Part shown: piece by piece, positions 27,118-36,310 of the stretch
Numbering within the stretch: the stretch's first letter is position 1
How the letters are laid out: every line of letters starts with the position of its first letter
Assembly (NCBI GenBank): GCA_963720565.1
Contig: CAVRFW010000009.1
Location: 160,001 to 224,000, forward strand
Source: Candidatus Bathyarchaeota archaeon
GTDB lineage: Archaea > Thermoproteota > Bathyarchaeia > Bathyarchaeales > Bathycorpusculaceae
Length of the DNA: 64,000 nt
Direction of reading: 5' to 3'
Made by a program: the position numbers and the translations under genes
The notes under the pieces: generated by a model
Database searches by the model: none
Told to the model about the DNA's origin: nothing
What the model saw: the letters and a program-made list of their open reading frames with translations, nothing else

Positions 27118-29498
27118 CTCTAAGCAGCCTTTACATCCGCAGGAACACGCCTTTCAACCTGCACGATATTAACACTCAAGACGCCACAGATCAACAACTC
27201 GCAGAACTAAGCGGCGAACTCGGTCTAGGCCTAAATCTGCAAGAAATGAAGCAGGTTCAAGCCTACTTCAAAAAACAGAAACGAAACCCCACAGACTTAG
27301 AGCTCCAAACCATCGGACAAACATGGAGCGAACACTGCTGCCACAAAACCTTCAAAGGCAAAATCCTGCTGAATGGAAACGAAATCGACAGCCTCTTCAA
27401 AACCTACATTGCCCGAGCCACAAAGGAAATCAACCCACGATGGTGCATCAGCGTCTTCGAAGACAACGCTGGCATAATAAGCTTTGACAAAGGCTACGGC
27501 ATAGCTGCCAAAGTCGAAACTCACAACCACCCCTCCGCGGTTGAACCATTCGGAGGCGCAGCTACAGGAGTTGGAGGAGTAATCCGCGATGTACTCGGCG
27601 TCTGGGCGGATCCGATAGCTTGCACTGACGTTCTGGGTTTTGGGCCTCTAGACTACGATTACAAAAAACTGCCGTTAGGCATGAAACATCCCAAGTACGT
27701 TTACATGGGCGTCACCGCAGGTATAGGCGCCTACGGAAACAACATGGGAATACCAACCGTCAATGGAGCCATATACTTCGACGAGAGCTACACGGGCAAC
27801 GTCGTCGTGTACTGCGGCTGCATAGGACTGCTTCCGCTTAAGAAATTCAAAAAAACAGCAGAAGCTGGCCACATTATTCTTGTTGCAGGAGGAAAAACAG
27901 GCCGCGATGGTATCCACGGCGTAACATTCGCCAGCGCAGAACTCACAGAAAAATCCGAAGAAGTATCCAGACCAGCTGTGCAAATTGCAGACCCAATTGA
28001 AGAGGAAAAAGTGAAACGCGCGCTGATGAGGATTAGAGACCTTGGTCTCGGATCAGCCACAACCGACTTGGGAGGAGGAGGAATGTCCTCAGCCATCGGC
28101 GAAACAGCGGAAAGATTCGACTGCGGCGCTACAGTTGACCTGGACAAGGTTCCTCTGAAATATGCTGGACTGGCACCTTGGGAAATCTACATTTCAGAGT
28201 CTCAAGAAAGAATGCTCTTGACTGTTCCACCTGAAAATCTGGAAAAAGCCTTAGCGGTATTTGAAAAGGAGGATGTGGAAGTCACCGCGGTCGGAACACT
28301 CACCCGAGAAAGGCGCCTGCAGATTCGCTACCAAGGCGTCACGGTAGCGGACATGGATATGCAGTTCCTTTTTGAACCTGCAAAGAGCGTGAAAAACGCG
28401 ACAATTGAACCCGTCAACCTATCCGAACCTGATTTTCCTGAACCTTCAAATCTAACGGAAACGCTGCTGGAGTTGCTCTGCGCACCAAATATTGCCAGCA
28501 AAGAAAGCGTCGTCCGAACATACGATCACGAAGTTAAAGGTAATACGGCCTTAAAGCCTCTTCAAGGCGAACATGCAGGACCCAACGACGCTTCAATCAT
28601 AAAACCTCTCGACAACTCTTGGAAAGGCATTTCCATATCCTGCGGCATGAACCCGAACTACGGGAAAATCGACCCGTACTGGATGGCGGCCTCCGCCATA
28701 GACGAAGCAGTAAGAAACAACGTTGCCGTAGGCGGACGCAGAATAGCGCTGCTGGACAATTTTGTTTGGGGCAACCCTGAGAAACCTGAACGTTTAGGTT
28801 CACTTGTAAAGGCATGCGAGGCATGCTATGACGTTGCCACCGCTTACAAAACTCCCTTCATTTCTGGCAAAGACAGTCTATACAACGAATCGCCATTAGG
28901 GCCAGTCACGCCTACCCTGCTAATCACGGCCGTAGGTGTTGTACCAGACATAAGGTCAGCCGTATCGGTTGATCTGAAAAAACCGGACAACCTACTGTAC
29001 ATCGTAGGCAAGACGTCCAAAGAGCTTGGAGGCTCAGAATACTTCAAACTCAAAGGCTTCTTGGGTAAATCCGTGCCCAAAGTACGCGCGACGCAAGCAC
29101 GGAAAACCTACTATGCTTTGACAAAAGCTATTGGCGCAGGATGCGTAAAAGCCTGTCATGACCTATCCGAAGGCGGACTAGGAGTGGCAATCGCAGAGAT
29201 GGCAATAGCTGGAGGCTGGGGGGCAGAGATTGACCTGGCAAGAGTTCCCACTGACGCTTTGAAACGCGACGACTACACCTTGTTTTCAGAATCAAACAGC
29301 CGCTTCGTCGTTGAAGTTGCAGAGAAAGACCGGGAAACATTTGAAACATTCATGAAGGGCAGAACTCATGCTGAAATCGGCAGAGTCACCAAGAACCCGC
29401 GTCTAGTAATTGGAGGACTAAACCGATCAGTTATAGTGGACGCGGCGATTGCGGATTTGAATGCAAGTTGGAAACGGACTCTAAGCAGCGAGGCGTGA
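27114..29498 (+). CDS. purL: FGAM synthase subunit PurL
   Basis: WSEHCCHK, KVETHNHPSAVEPFGGAATGVGG, GRDGIHG, SESQERM, HDLSEGG. Confidence 0.97.
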   Translation: MTLSSLYIRRNTPFNLHDINTQDATDQQLAELSGELGLGLNLQEMKQVQAYFKKQKRNPTDLELQTIGQTWSEHCCHKTFKGKILLNGNEIDSLFKTYIARATKEINPRWCISVFEDNAGIISFDKGYGIAAKVETHNHPSAVEPFGGAATGVGGVIRDVLGVWADPIACTDVLGFGPLDYDYKKLPLGMKHPKYVYMGVTAGIGAYGNNMGIPTVNGAIYFDESYTGNVVVYCGCIGLLPLKKFKKTAEAGHIILVAGGKTGRDGIHGVTFASAELTEKSEEVSRPAVQIADPIEEEKVKRALMRIRDLGLGSATTDLGGGGMSSAIGETAERFDCGATVDLDKVPLKYAGLAPWEIYISESQERMLLTVPPENLEKALAVFEKEDVEVTAVGTLTRERRLQIRYQGVTVADMDMQFLFEPAKSVKNATIEPVNLSEPDFPEPSNLTETLLELLCAPNIASKESVVRTYDHEVKGNTALKPLQGEHAGPNDASIIKPLDNSWKGISISCGMNPNYGKIDPYWMAASAIDEAVRNNVAVGGRRIALLDNFVWGNPEKPERLGSLVKACEACYDVATAYKTPFISGKDSLYNESPLGPVTPTLLITAVGVVPDIRSAVSVDLKKPDNLLYIVGKTSKELGGSEYFKLKGFLGKSVPKVRATQARKTYYALTKAIGAGCVKACHDLSEGGLGVAIAEMAIAGGWGAEIDLARVPTDALKRDDYTLFSESNSRFVVEVAEKDRETFETFMKGRTHAEIGRVTKNPRLVIGGLNRSVIVDAAIADLNASWKRTLSSEA

Positions 29499-29501
29499 AT
29501 C

Positions 29502-30320
29502 ATGAAGCGAGAAGACATAAAAGTATGCGTTTTGCGTGTTGGCGGAACAAACTGTGACATGGAAACACAAAGGGCATTCCAAGAAGTAGGCGTTCAGGCT
29601 GAAACACTGCATTTGAATGAAATCCTCAAACAAGGAACTCTAATGAATTACCAGGTTCTGGTTTTTCCAGGAGGCTTTTCATACGGCGATTACGTGCGAG
29701 CAGGGGTCATCTTCGCACGAAGGCTCTCAGCCAGACTTGATAAAGAACTAAAAGCATTCGTCCAGGATAACCGGCCTATACTGGGAATATGTAATGGCTT
29801 TCAGATCATAGTCGAATACGGTTTGCTCCCGGGATTCAAAGGGGTAAGCCCAATCCCAGAGGCTACTCTCGCCACTAATATTCCCCAAGGTTACAATTGC
29901 CGTTGGCTCTACCTCAAGTACGAGAACAAAGGAAACTGCGTGTTCACAGGCAAAATCCCCCGAGGAAAAGTGCTCAGGATACCCGTCGCTCACTCAGAAG
30001 GCAGGTTTCTATTTCCGAGAGAAAAAGAACAACAACTTCTCGAAGAGTTATACGATAACGACATGATAGTGTTTCGATACTGCAACGAGAACGGCGAATA
30101 CGCGAACGGTCATTACCCGACAAACCCAAACGGCTCATTCCACGACATCGCTGGAATCTGCAACAAGGAAGGAACAATATTTGGCTTAATGCCGCACCCA
30201 GAAAGGGCATTGTACTGGTGGCAACAACCAGACTGGACGCGCCACGAATGCGTGCCCCAGTATGGAGATGGAAAGCTAATCTTTGAAAGTCTAGTTGACC
30301 ATTTAACCAAGAAACTCTAG
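29502..30320 (+). CDS. purQ: FGAM synthase glutaminase PurQ
   Basis: GTNCD, PGGFSYGD, GICNGFQ, MPHPER. Confidence 0.97.
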   Translation: MKREDIKVCVLRVGGTNCDMETQRAFQEVGVQAETLHLNEILKQGTLMNYQVLVFPGGFSYGDYVRAGVIFARRLSARLDKELKAFVQDNRPILGICNGFQIIVEYGLLPGFKGVSPIPEATLATNIPQGYNCRWLYLKYENKGNCVFTGKIPRGKVLRIPVAHSEGRFLFPREKEQQLLEELYDNDMIVFRYCNENGEYANGHYPTNPNGSFHDIAGICNKEGTIFGLMPHPERALYWWQQPDWTRHECVPQYGDGKLIFESLVDHLTKKL

Positions 30321-31217
30321 GTCCTTAGAGAAAGGCAGGCCTGTTCTGGCACCCATCTTCATCACGCATCTTGAAGCCACAAAGTTACCCAACTTACCGC
30401 ACTCTCCAAGGCTCTTGTCCTTCAACAACCCATATAGGAATCCCGCACAGAAAGCATCTCCAGCGCCGGTCGTATCAACAGCTTTCACTTTGAATGGTTC
30501 TATCAAAAGTTGCTCTCGACCATTCGTAACATAGCAGCCGGAACTGCCAAGCTTCACAGCCACTATTTTCACACCCTTACTAATAATGTGCTCAGCACCC
30601 TTGCTATAATTGGTCTCGCCAGTCAAGAGCTCAAGCTCCACAGAGTTAGGCATTAAAACATAAGTCCGTTTGATTATCGGTTCTAACCCGATAAGCCCCT
30701 TCCGCGCATACAAGGCTCCTGGGTCAAAGCTAACCTTGACACCTCGCGGAAGCGTTTCCAAAAGTCTCTTCTGTGTTTCGAAGGATTCTTCCCCTACGAA
30801 GGATGACAAATGCAAAAACCGTGTCTGAGAAGCGTATTCAACATCAATCTCGCTAAATCTTACCGTGTCATTAACACCTGAATTGATGTACAAAGCACGA
30901 GCGCCCTTTTTGTCAACGAACCCCATCACTAAACCGCTTTTTCCTTTCGTTGCGCGGATTACACCTTTGGCGTCGACTTTTTCCTTGTAGAAATCGTTTG
31001 CGAGCAATTCGCCTTCCTTGTCAGGACCCACTTTTCCGATGAAACCTGTTTTGCAGCCGAGTCTAGCGAGTCCAACTATGGCGTTTGCCGCTGAGCCCCC
31101 ACAAGTCTCTGTTGAATCAGTAATCCAGCTTTCCTCTTCCTGTTTGGCAAGCCTGTTGACTTTGAAAAGTCTATCCACGTTGAGCGCGCCAAACCCGACA
31201 ACGTCAAAGCGACTCAT
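30303..31217 (-). CDS. PfkB/ribokinase-family kinase (EhaT-like; nucleoside-kinase-like)
   Basis: GALNVD, GGSAAN, DTTGAGDAF signature; ATGA overlap with the ftr-like gene. Confidence 0.9.
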   Translation of the reverse strand: MSRFDVVGFGALNVDRLFKVNRLAKQEEESWITDSTETCGGSAANAIVGLARLGCKTGFIGKVGPDKEGELLANDFYKEKVDAKGVIRATKGKSGLVMGFVDKKGARALYINSGVNDTVRFSEIDVEYASQTRFLHLSSFVGEESFETQKRLLETLPRGVKVSFDPGALYARKGLIGLEPIIKRTYVLMPNSVELELLTGETNYSKGAEHIISKGVKIVAVKLGSSGCYVTNGREQLLIEPFKVKAVDTTGAGDAFCAGFLYGLLKDKSLGECGKLGNFVASRCVMKMGARTGLPFSKDLEFLG

Positions 31218-32143
31218 GTTAGCAGCTCACGTAGACTAATCTTGAATTCTCCCAATTTACCGCCGTAGTTGCCAGCGGAAACTCGAACCACACCGTCAAC
31301 GTTGATGACCGCTTCTATTCCATTCTTAGTAGCTGCTTTGACAGCTTCAATAGAAACCCCGTTTATTACAATCTCCGGGATATAACGCACATCTTCAGGG
31401 ACCAATAATGCTTTTCCCAACCCCGGCTTGAGACTTGGACAATACGTGTGATTTGTCGTGGGGCCTATTTCGGGATAACGCGTTTCAGGCTTTGAACCAG
31501 CCGAGCAAATATCAAACGGCGTAATAACCCCCTTCACTCTGTGTATAGCTTCTAAGGCCTTTTCGCCTGCTTTTCGCATTGCCTCTTTGGTTCTGCACAT
31601 GACCCAAAAGTTGGCGCCCATCACCCCACGTGAATAGCCCAAGTATCTTTCAATTACAAAGTCAGGAACCATAAGCGGCACCACAATCACCTCTCTACCA
31701 TGACGCGTTTCAACCCACTCATAACCATCACCGCAATGCCCCACCCGCGTCATCATATCCAGTTTTCCCTCAGCATAAGACAACGCATCAAAAACTGCAG
31801 TAAAGGGCTTAACCAAAATGTCCTGACGAATCCGATAGGAGAACTCTCTCTCAAACTTCCGTAAAGAATCAGCAAACCGTTTCTTCGGGTTTAGTCCACC
31901 CCAAAACTGCAGGACAGCACCTATGCGATGATCAGGAGTTTCTTCTTCACTCAGCCATTTTTCCACTCCGCCTTCAACTCTGCCAATAACAACAGAAGGC
32001 GTAGCAGTGGAGTCTTCAGCCGCATGACGCAATGTTCGCTCGTCATCAGCCGTTACGATGACCCTGCTGAAAATTCCTGCGAAAGCTTCAGCGTAAGTAT
32101 TCTCAACCTTATCAATATCTGATATTTTATCCAAGCCTCCCAA
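31214..32143 (-). CDS. Formylmethanofuran:H4MPT formyltransferase paralogue (Ftr-II/EhaS-like)
   Basis: ENTYAEAF, ETPD, GDGYE, GSK, TTNHTYCPSL, EIVING, SAGNYGGKLG Ftr motifs. Has RIRQDILVKPFT where canonical Ftr has a GQCVLT-type motif. Confidence 0.9.
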   Translation of the reverse strand: MGGLDKISDIDKVENTYAEAFAGIFSRVIVTADDERTLRHAAEDSTATPSVVIGRVEGGVEKWLSEEETPDHRIGAVLQFWGGLNPKKRFADSLRKFEREFSYRIRQDILVKPFTAVFDALSYAEGKLDMMTRVGHCGDGYEWVETRHGREVIVVPLMVPDFVIERYLGYSRGVMGANFWVMCRTKEAMRKAGEKALEAIHRVKGVITPFDICSAGSKPETRYPEIGPTTNHTYCPSLKPGLGKALLVPEDVRYIPEIVINGVSIEAVKAATKNGIEAVINVDGVVRVSAGNYGGKLGEFKISLRELLT

Positions 32144-33209
32144 CGGCTTCTCCCCTGACTTCCTTTCTAAACTTACTGCTTTCCTTAACCAACGTATCCA
32201 TATTTTGAGCTGTTACTATTTGAACCTTGGGAAGGACAGAAGAGTAAACAGACAGGTATTGTTCGAGTAACGGTTCGACCACTCCTGCTCGTTTAAGAGC
32301 ACGGCTATTCCAGTTTTCACACAACCTCAGAGTGTTTCTCTTCCCTTTCTTGAAGAAAAGACTGGCTATTACGGCAGTCACTATGCTGCTTTCAGACAAC
32401 ACCGCTATTTCCGAGTTTTCAACCGCGTAGCCATTGCCGTTAAAAGAGACAGTTAACCCGCCGTTTTCCTTCACAAGTTTGAAGGCTTCAACGTCTGTTA
32501 TGCTGTCTCCAACATACATAACGTCGCTCAAGTTCGCATGCAACTTTGCCACAGCATCTTCTATAGCTTCAGCCTTTTGGCTACCGCCGACCGTTTTGAC
32601 TTCCGAGAAGACTCTGCCAATGCTCATTTTCGGAATTTCACTCCAAAAAATCCTATCTAGCTGAGCGATTATCTCCTGATCCCTAGCTGAAAAATCTCCT
32701 ATCGCCTTTGCCCCTCTGGGAATACAAATCAATGGCGTTTGAACGATTTCATCTGCGATTTCTCGAAGCCTCCCCTTCTCTTTAGAGTTAACCGAGTACT
32801 TGTCAATACTCAATCTGGTGCAGTACGTGTTGGCATAGGGGAAATCTAACGCTTCGCAGAGAGCTTCTATATAGTGTTCGTAACTCGTACTGACGATAAA
32901 GGCACTAGCCATTGCTCTTACATGCTCCAGTGTGCTTTTGCTGTTGGCGATAAGCAACAGATTCTCAGCTGAGAATTCTCCGATTTGACCATCTGTTACG
33001 CCGTAGGCTTTCAGGAAGGGCAATATCAGTTTTAGCGTGCTGCCGGCAGAGTAGCCCTGCCTTTTAAGAACGTCAGCAAGCACATCATCATACTTGCTGA
33101 TGACCGTGAAGAGCTTATCGCCGTTTGGAACAAAATGAGCGGTTATCTCGAAGGCGTTATCGTTTCTGCTTATGGGTCCCTCACAGTCTGACATAAAAAC
33201 AGGTTTCAA
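32127..33209 (-). CDS. HAD-superfamily hydrolase (EhaR-like)
   Basis: Motif I variant SDCEGP, motif II VSTSY, motif III K, motif IV YVGDSITD, SFNGN. Its start overlaps the purD stop. Confidence 0.85.
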   Translation of the reverse strand: MKPVFMSDCEGPISRNDNAFEITAHFVPNGDKLFTVISKYDDVLADVLKRQGYSAGSTLKLILPFLKAYGVTDGQIGEFSAENLLLIANSKSTLEHVRAMASAFIVSTSYEHYIEALCEALDFPYANTYCTRLSIDKYSVNSKEKGRLREIADEIVQTPLICIPRGAKAIGDFSARDQEIIAQLDRIFWSEIPKMSIGRVFSEVKTVGGSQKAEAIEDAVAKLHANLSDVMYVGDSITDVEAFKLVKENGGLTVSFNGNGYAVENSEIAVLSESSIVTAVIASLFFKKGKRNTLRLCENWNSRALKRAGVVEPLLEQYLSVYSSVLPKVQIVTAQNMDTLVKESSKFRKEVRGEAVGRLG

Positions 33210-34621
33210 GGCTTACGCCTCAACTTCTCCATATGGCTCAAACTTTTAGCTATATGCTGTTTCGAAGCCACATCGCTTCTATTCCACAAAGCTCCACCTT
33301 CAATCGCCCTCGCAGCCTCCAACGAATTCTGCCGTGCTTCCTCAATGGTTTCGCCAACGCCTAAGACGCCAACAGCTCTGGATTTCAACGCGTAGTTCTT
33401 GCCGTTTCTGACTTCCATGGATCCCGGATAAACACGGATCTTTCCACGGCACTTACTAACGAGAGAATTCGCTTTGGAAAGATCGACTGGAGTGTCAACC
33501 TCAGCAGCATTCACCAGGTCTGGAAAAACATTCGAGTATCCTCCGTAACTTGGCGGAACCTTGTAGGTCAAGACGGTGGCGGCTTTCTCCATTTCCAAGC
33601 GGGTCAAATTTCCATCAATAATCTTGAGGCAAACGTCAACGAAATCGTCCTTTAAAACTGGAAGAATATTCATGATTTCAGGATCTCCAGGGCGACTATT
33701 GTTCTCGAGAACTTTGATGCCGGAGCCTGTATGCATGAAAGCCAAGTACAACGGAACACCCCTCAAGGCCGAATCATCGCTAATCTTAGCCTTCCATTCT
33801 TGGAAGATTCTTGTGGCAAGCGCTAACTCGTCTTCCCGATCGGATATGGTTAGAAAAGGCAGTTTGTCACTTGCATCTTTGTAGGAACCCATCCCGCCAG
33901 TGTTTGGTCCCTTGTCGTCGTCAAATGCTCGTTTGTAGTCTCGCGTGTCAGGTAATGGAATAAAATGCCTGCCGTCGCATAGAGCTTGAAAACTTGATTC
34001 TTCACCATCAACTTTCTCTTCAATAATCACGGTGCCATACTGGAAGTTCGACATGAAATGCTCGAAGAGTTGCTCCCGAGTAGCGAAGTGATCGCCCCAG
34101 ACTCCCACTCCCTTTCCAGCTGCTGGTTTATCAGGCTTTACAACCGCCTTGTTCTCAAGCTCATCAAGCCAACTATTAACCGCCTTCTTAACGTCGCCAA
34201 TTCCTTCATAGTCGTCGCGATTGAAAATCTTGAAACGCGGGTTAGCTTCCGGCGCTATCTCTTCGAAAAGCAAACGTTGCTGAACCTTGCTAATTTCTAT
34301 CGCGTACTCTTGAGTGGGGCATATGACAGGTATGCCTGTGCGTTTCTCAATTAGGTCTCGAACGCCCTCTATTATAGGCTTTTCCGGACCAACCATGGCA
34401 AAATCGATTCTGTCCTTATTATCCTCAGCGAACTTGCAGATATCTTCGATATTCAAATCCGGTATAACCGCGTGTTTGAACGCTTTCTCCACGTTGAAAG
34501 GATTGCGTTGCTTGTCTGCGACGTAAAGTTCAACTTTGTGGTTCGGGCTTCTGGCGAAGGCATCAACTATTGCTGCCTCGCGTGCCCCGTATGAAACGAC
34601 TAGTATGCCTACTCTGTCCAT
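33206..34621 (-). CDS. purD: Phosphoribosylamine-glycine ligase PurD (divergent)
   Basis: GAREAA, VGPE, GKGV, IEEKVDGEE, DYKRAFDDDKGPNTGGMG, ENNSRPGDPE. Confidence 0.9.
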   Translation of the reverse strand: MDRVGILVVSYGAREAAIVDAFARSPNHKVELYVADKQRNPFNVEKAFKHAVIPDLNIEDICKFAEDNKDRIDFAMVGPEKPIIEGVRDLIEKRTGIPVICPTQEYAIEISKVQQRLLFEEIAPEANPRFKIFNRDDYEGIGDVKKAVNSWLDELENKAVVKPDKPAAGKGVGVWGDHFATREQLFEHFMSNFQYGTVIIEEKVDGEESSFQALCDGRHFIPLPDTRDYKRAFDDDKGPNTGGMGSYKDASDKLPFLTISDREDELALATRIFQEWKAKISDDSALRGVPLYLAFMHTGSGIKVLENNSRPGDPEIMNILPVLKDDFVDVCLKIIDGNLTRLEMEKAATVLTYKVPPSYGGYSNVFPDLVNAAEVDTPVDLSKANSLVSKCRGKIRVYPGSMEVRNGKNYALKSRAVGVLGVGETIEEARQNSLEAARAIEGGALWNRSDVASKQHIAKSLSHMEKLRRKP

Positions 34622-34682
34622 GACAGATCGCCTGTTTACATAGAGAATTAACTGGAACGCTTAATTTGTTTTTTCGCTTGGT

Positions 34683-36164
34683 CTATTGGGAATCTTCGTG
34701 TTGCTCGTAGATTCTGCTTTTCTCTTCGTAACCGTTGAGGAATTTCTGTTTCATTTCGTCAGCAATCTCCTGCGCTAAGGGCGTAGGATACTTGCCCGTG
34801 ATGCATGCCAGACACAATTCATCCTGCGTCTGGCCTGTTGCGCGAACCAATCCGTCTATTGACTGGTAGCAAACCGCATCTGCACCAATGATTCTGGCAA
34901 TTTCATCTGGACTATGCTTCGAACCGATCAATTGCCCGTAAGTAGCCATGTCTATGCCATAAAAGCACGGTCCAATAATACGTGGAAAAGTAACGAACAT
35001 GTAGACTTTCTTAGCACCTGCTTTACGAATTTTTTCTATTACTACCTTAGTTGTGTCGCCACGGACTATGCTGTCCTCGGTTAGTATCACGCGTTTCCCA
35101 TCAACTTTTGGACCTAAAATGTTTACTTTGCGGTCTATCGTATTGAACCTCTCTTCGTTGAGGAGAATGAAAGCTCTTTCGGTCACGTACCGATGCCTGC
35201 GAGACGCCCGTTCCCACCTGAGTCCAGACTCTTCATGAACTCCCATTGCAGGGTCATCTCCAGTCTCAGGCACCGAAAGTACCACGTCCGCATCTTTCGC
35301 GATTTCAGGATACTCATGCACGATGTTTCTTCCGAAGTCTTCACGGATTTCATAAACGTATTTTCCGTTAAACCGCGAGTCAGGTCTAGAGAAATATGCA
35401 TACTCAAATGCGCAAAACGCCCTGCGTGGGTTATTGATTATCTGTGTTCGTTTGAACCCTTTTTCTGAAACCGTTACGAGTTCGCCTGGCTCCAATTCAA
35501 AATCTCTTGTGAAATTGTTAATGTCCAAACTCACAGTCTCCGACGAAAAAGCAAAAGTAGTTCCGTCTTGGCTGCGCCCAGCGCATAAGGGTTTAATGCC
35601 ATGGGGATCCTTGAAAGCGAAAAAGTCACCGGTTCCAGTTATGCCGGCCACAGAGAATGCTCCATCGACACTCTGCATACAAGCTCCAACAGCTGCCGTC
35701 AGGTCTTTTCCCTTCTCAAATTCAAGTAACAGTTTATGGCATAGCAAGTCTGAATCGCAACTGCAAACAAAATCTTGGAAGTTATCATTAATTTCATGTT
35801 TAAGTTGAAATGTGTTAACTATGTTGCCGTTGAACGAGAGTGCAATCTTCAAGTTTCCCATCGAGGCTAAAACTGGCTGGGTCCCCTGAATTATACTCAC
35901 ATCGTCACATTTGCCAGATGTTGTGTATCTGATGTTTCCGATGCCGATGTGACCAGGCAAGCGCTCGAACCATTCATGCAGAGCACTAGTTTTCAGTTTT
36001 GGGACTAGGTCGAGGTTTCTGTAAACGTGAAATTTCTCTTCGTTGAAAGTGAGGAAACCATGTGACTGATGTCCCCGGTGGTTTTGGGCGCGAAGACCCC
36101 AGTAAACGTGTGGGAAGACAGATTGCTTTTCAAAGTTTATTGCACCGAACACGCCACAGCCTAT
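34683..36164 (-). CDS. purF: Amidophosphoribosyltransferase PurF (start extended to a probable ATA to include catalytic Cys)
   Basis: CGVFG N-terminus, HRG, RYTTSG, NGNI, CAFEYAYFSRPDS, EDSIVRGDT, PCFYGID, CLAC. Confidence 0.93.
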   Translation of the reverse strand: MGCGVFGAINFEKQSVFPHVYWGLRAQNHRGHQSHGFLTFNEEKFHVYRNLDLVPKLKTSALHEWFERLPGHIGIGNIRYTTSGKCDDVSIIQGTQPVLASMGNLKIALSFNGNIVNTFQLKHEINDNFQDFVCSCDSDLLCHKLLLEFEKGKDLTAAVGACMQSVDGAFSVAGITGTGDFFAFKDPHGIKPLCAGRSQDGTTFAFSSETVSLDINNFTRDFELEPGELVTVSEKGFKRTQIINNPRRAFCAFEYAYFSRPDSRFNGKYVYEIREDFGRNIVHEYPEIAKDADVVLSVPETGDDPAMGVHEESGLRWERASRRHRYVTERAFILLNEERFNTIDRKVNILGPKVDGKRVILTEDSIVRGDTTKVVIEKIRKAGAKKVYMFVTFPRIIGPCFYGIDMATYGQLIGSKHSPDEIARIIGADAVCYQSIDGLVRATGQTQDELCLACITGKYPTPLAQEIADEMKQKFLNGYEEKSRIYEQHEDSQ

Positions 36165-36310
36165 TTTTAATCCCTTCTGTTAATGTCGAATGATGCCAAA
36201 AGGAGCTTTATCTACTTTTAGCACATTTTTAGTTAAAAGCCTCCTATTAATGAGGCGACCGAGGAACTACAGCATTCCGCAAATGCGGGCGTACGTGTGG
36301 CGAGTTTGCT

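Noticed and set aside
31214..32143. Treating the ftr-like gene as evidence of methanogenesis or an Eha hydrogenase
   Set aside because: No mcr, fwd, mch or hydrogenase genes are in the window, and the context is purine synthesis.
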